This document shows positions 61,996 to 64,000 of a stretch of 64,000 nucleotides of DNA, in pieces. A program made the position numbers and the translations under genes. This DNA is from an uncultured delta proteobacterium (lineage in GTDB: Bacteria; Desulfobacterota; Syntrophorhabdia; Syntrophorhabdales; WCHB1-27): the NCBI GenBank assembly GCA_963750015.1, contig CAVVPU010000053.1, positions 3,104 through 67,103 of the forward strand, read 5' to 3'. Within the stretch, counting starts at the first letter, position 1, and every line of letters begins with the position of its first letter. The notes beneath the pieces are model-generated. The model worked only from the letters and a program-made list of their open reading frames with translations. It had not been told where the DNA came from and ran no database searches.

Positions 61996-62225
61996 GCAAG
62001 CTTCCTGCGCTCACCGGCAGTGCACTTATCTCCCTTCTCATAAGAATAGGTTTTATTCGCCAAAGACAAAAGGGAAGTCACGTTTTCATGAAGCACCCAG
62101 ACGGAAGAACAGCCGTTATTCCGATCCACTCGGGCGAAGCCATCGGCCCCGGACTCCTCGCGAAGATACTCAGAGACGTAGACCTGACTCGGGATGAACT
62201 CCTCGATTTGATCGAGGGACGATAG
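61992..62225 (+). CDS. hicA: HicA-family toxin
   Basis: The GTG start overlaps the hicB stop (GTGTGA). Reads VSKLPALTGSALISLLIRIGFIRQRQKGSHVFMKHPDG. Confidence 0.75.
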   Translation: MSKLPALTGSALISLLIRIGFIRQRQKGSHVFMKHPDGRTAVIPIHSGEAIGPGLLAKILRDVDLTRDELLDLIEGR

Positions 62226-62285
62226 CCGCCGAGGGGAAGCGGGTTTCCGAGCACCTTTACTCGATGAGCAGGAGAGCATACCTGT

Positions 62286-62571
62286 TCATTGTCTCGGAGT
62301 AGTCAACACCACCTGGATCGGGAAGTCATGCTTTCTCGCGGTCGAGTAGACATCTATGGCCATACCTTCTAGGCGTGGGCGGTGCCGACTTTGGATTCCT
62401 GCAATCCTCCCGCACGCCCGTACATTGCTCGCATATACTGCACGGGCTCATGGGCAATAGAAAGGCCTTCCGAACACTGACTCGAGTTCTCCGCGATTCT
62501 TCATCGGCCTTCTCCTCGCCCTCCACGGCCCTCACGTTTCTTTGTGTCTGGTCCGTCATATGTGCTTCCAT
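62286..62571 (-). pseudogene. possible DUF2284-like metal-binding protein remnant
   Basis: CSICEQCTGVREDCRNPKSA, then after a frame shift ..RPRLEGMAIDVYSTARKHDFPIQV. Too short for a full gene. The family call is from memory only. Confidence 0.35.
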
Positions 62572-62666
62572 TCCTATCAGCTTACCACAGGTTGTCTGAA
62601 GTCAAGACCCTTGCAGCCTGCTTCCCGAGGCAGGGTCGCGGCCCGGTTCATCCCGGATTACCCATT

Positions 62667-63569
62667 TCATAGGTTAGAATCGACAACCCCGTGAACGAGG
62701 CAGTGAGTGCCGTTTACCCGGCCAACCTTGTTCCCGGCCGCACCTGTGCAGCCCGTGAAGTACATCTCTTCCAGTCCCTCGGAGTCCTTCTCCTCGATAA
62801 CCGACATGCCATATCGTGCGAGAAAGGCCCCAAGACCTCCCTTCTCAATTCCGAAACGCCACCCTTCTCCTGCCTTCGAGACAGTTTTGGCCATCCCCTT
62901 CTCACCGTAGCGAAGACCTTCACCGCGGAGGACCGACGCATAGACGTAATCGAAGACGATTTCACTGCCGGTCGTGGCGAAACGTTGTATCGTGCCGAAG
63001 GTTTCATCGACAGACCCGGGCAGGAGGTACATAAGCAGACCTTCGAGAATGAAGAGACTTCTTCTATCTTTATCGAATCCTGCCCTTTCCAGGCACGTCG
63101 GGAGCGACTCCCGGTCGAAATCGACGGGGACCCACACGAGGTTCGCCGGTATATCCAAACCGCGATTATGGTACTGCCCGATCTTTGCCGTCTGGGTGAT
63201 GGGGGCATCCAATTCGAAGACCCGCGTCTTGCCCGCCTTATCGCAAAAGCGCAGGGCACGGGTATCGAAGCCTGCGCCGAAGATGAGAATCTGGTCGAAA
63301 CCTCGGGCGAGGGCCTCTTCAAAGATCGCGTCGATATATTTCGTTCGGGCGATCACGTATTCATAGATGCCCTGGGCGGGCATCTTCCCGATGAAAAGCC
63401 TTCTAAAGTAGGACAGGCGGAAAAGAAGCCTCAAAATGGCCGGCAGAAGCAGGGGCGCAATGTAGTCGTCACTCTTGTAGCAGACATTCTCATCAAGGAA
63501 CGACAAGGCCCGTGACATGCACATCCACTCGGCAGTCCTGGACGTTCTGGATTCAATCCTTCTTTTCAT
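62667..63569 (-). CDS. class I SAM-dependent methyltransferase (LCM / TIGR00027-like O-methyltransferase)
   Basis: Has ILIFGAGFDTRALRF (motif I) and LFILEGLLMYL. Confidence 0.85.
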   Translation of the reverse strand: MKRRIESRTSRTAEWMCMSRALSFLDENVCYKSDDYIAPLLLPAILRLLFRLSYFRRLFIGKMPAQGIYEYVIARTKYIDAIFEEALARGFDQILIFGAGFDTRALRFCDKAGKTRVFELDAPITQTAKIGQYHNRGLDIPANLVWVPVDFDRESLPTCLERAGFDKDRRSLFILEGLLMYLLPGSVDETFGTIQRFATTGSEIVFDYVYASVLRGEGLRYGEKGMAKTVSKAGEGWRFGIEKGGLGAFLARYGMSVIEEKDSEGLEEMYFTGCTGAAGNKVGRVNGTHCLVHGVVDSNL

Positions 63570-63905
63570 GGTTGGGTGATCCTTATACTGTTACGGTCGC
63601 TCTCGCTCAAGCCCCTCGCAACCCCTCATAGTACGCCTGGTCCGCCCCAACTTGCCGAGCTCACGATTCCACTTTCTATCACAGATGCGCAAAAAGAAAA
63701 ACCAAATTGTGGGCGACAGGAGACACGTATCACGTAAATCAGGAGAAAAGGGCCCAAGTCCCCCGGGCACTGTTCGTTAAAAAAGGATGCTCCTTGACAC
63801 TTGAATAGCGCAAAGGGGGTGGACCCACCCCTCGAACCGCCTTCTTGCGGCCTGTCGCGTAACGCACGAATGAACCAGTCTCCCCGCCGAAATGCACCTG
63901 CTTCC

Positions 63906-64000
63906 CTATCGCCAGAGGTATCCGCACAGGAGGCATCGCGGTTCATGAATGCATATGAGCCCACCGCACTCGGGACAAGTCCAATCTTCCTTTTCCCTTT
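63906..64000 (-). CDS. possible 3' end of a zinc-ribbon protein (partial, runs off window)
   Basis: One frame reads ..[27 protein letters not shown]. Only 31 codons are visible. Confidence 0.25.
   Translation of the reverse strand, partial: REKEDWTCPECGGLICIHEPRCLLCGYLWR

Noticed and set aside
61785-62225. Genuine HicB-HicA fusion protein (146 aa)
   Set aside because: The natural HicB C-terminus (GELIGIQRIAV*) and a GTG start overlapping its stop are both present one frame over. The fusion is created by a single indel.
63626-63964. 112-aa minus-strand ORF near the window end
   Set aside because: The composition is not protein-like and there is no RBS. A different frame gives a plausible zinc-ribbon C-terminus, which is listed at low confidence instead.

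Overview
Roughly 64 kb of chromosome from a fairly GC-rich bacterium (high-50s % GC by eye). The gene content suggests an anaerobe: class III ribonucleotide reductase nrdD/nrdG, TrpB2, an iron-sulfur flavoprotein-like gene, a LarA-like gene, a PEP-CTERM protein and cheV. Lineage is not determinable from here. Most of the window is ordinary housekeeping: rpoD, clpB, secDF, serS, cysS, lepB, rlmE, tatD, moeA, mdh/ldh, glgP and one tRNA-Arg(CCG). I saw no rRNA, no CRISPR array and no transposase, integrase or phage genes. The unusual part is intergenic. Two families of ~250-300 nt repeats (A, 4 copies; B, 7 full or partial copies) have long internal stems that covary between copies. Family B also shows a strand-asymmetric G-U pattern, which argues for structured RNA rather than plain DNA repeats. 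Both families share one layout: a GC hairpin, a core, then a (GCCTTTGCCTTTGCTTT)n-type tandem repeat. They occur four times head-to-head, bracketing between 30 bp and about 5 kb of cargo, including a low-GC orphan gene and a decayed sensor-kinase island. Other points worth a second look:
- an orphan Cas6-like RAMP protein overlapping the end of nrdG
- an HD + P-loop + wHTH + HEAT (STAND/Avs-like) gene
- a small protein with four FliM-like CheY-binding motifs
- two candidate c-di-GMP-I riboswitches
- tandem NrdR boxes upstream of nrdD
- terminator-like hairpins in the trpB2 and rpoD leaders

Several conserved genes, including secD, are broken by single-base indels, mostly at short homopolymers. 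That looks like consensus error rather than biology. All protein family calls come from motif recognition by eye; no searches were run.
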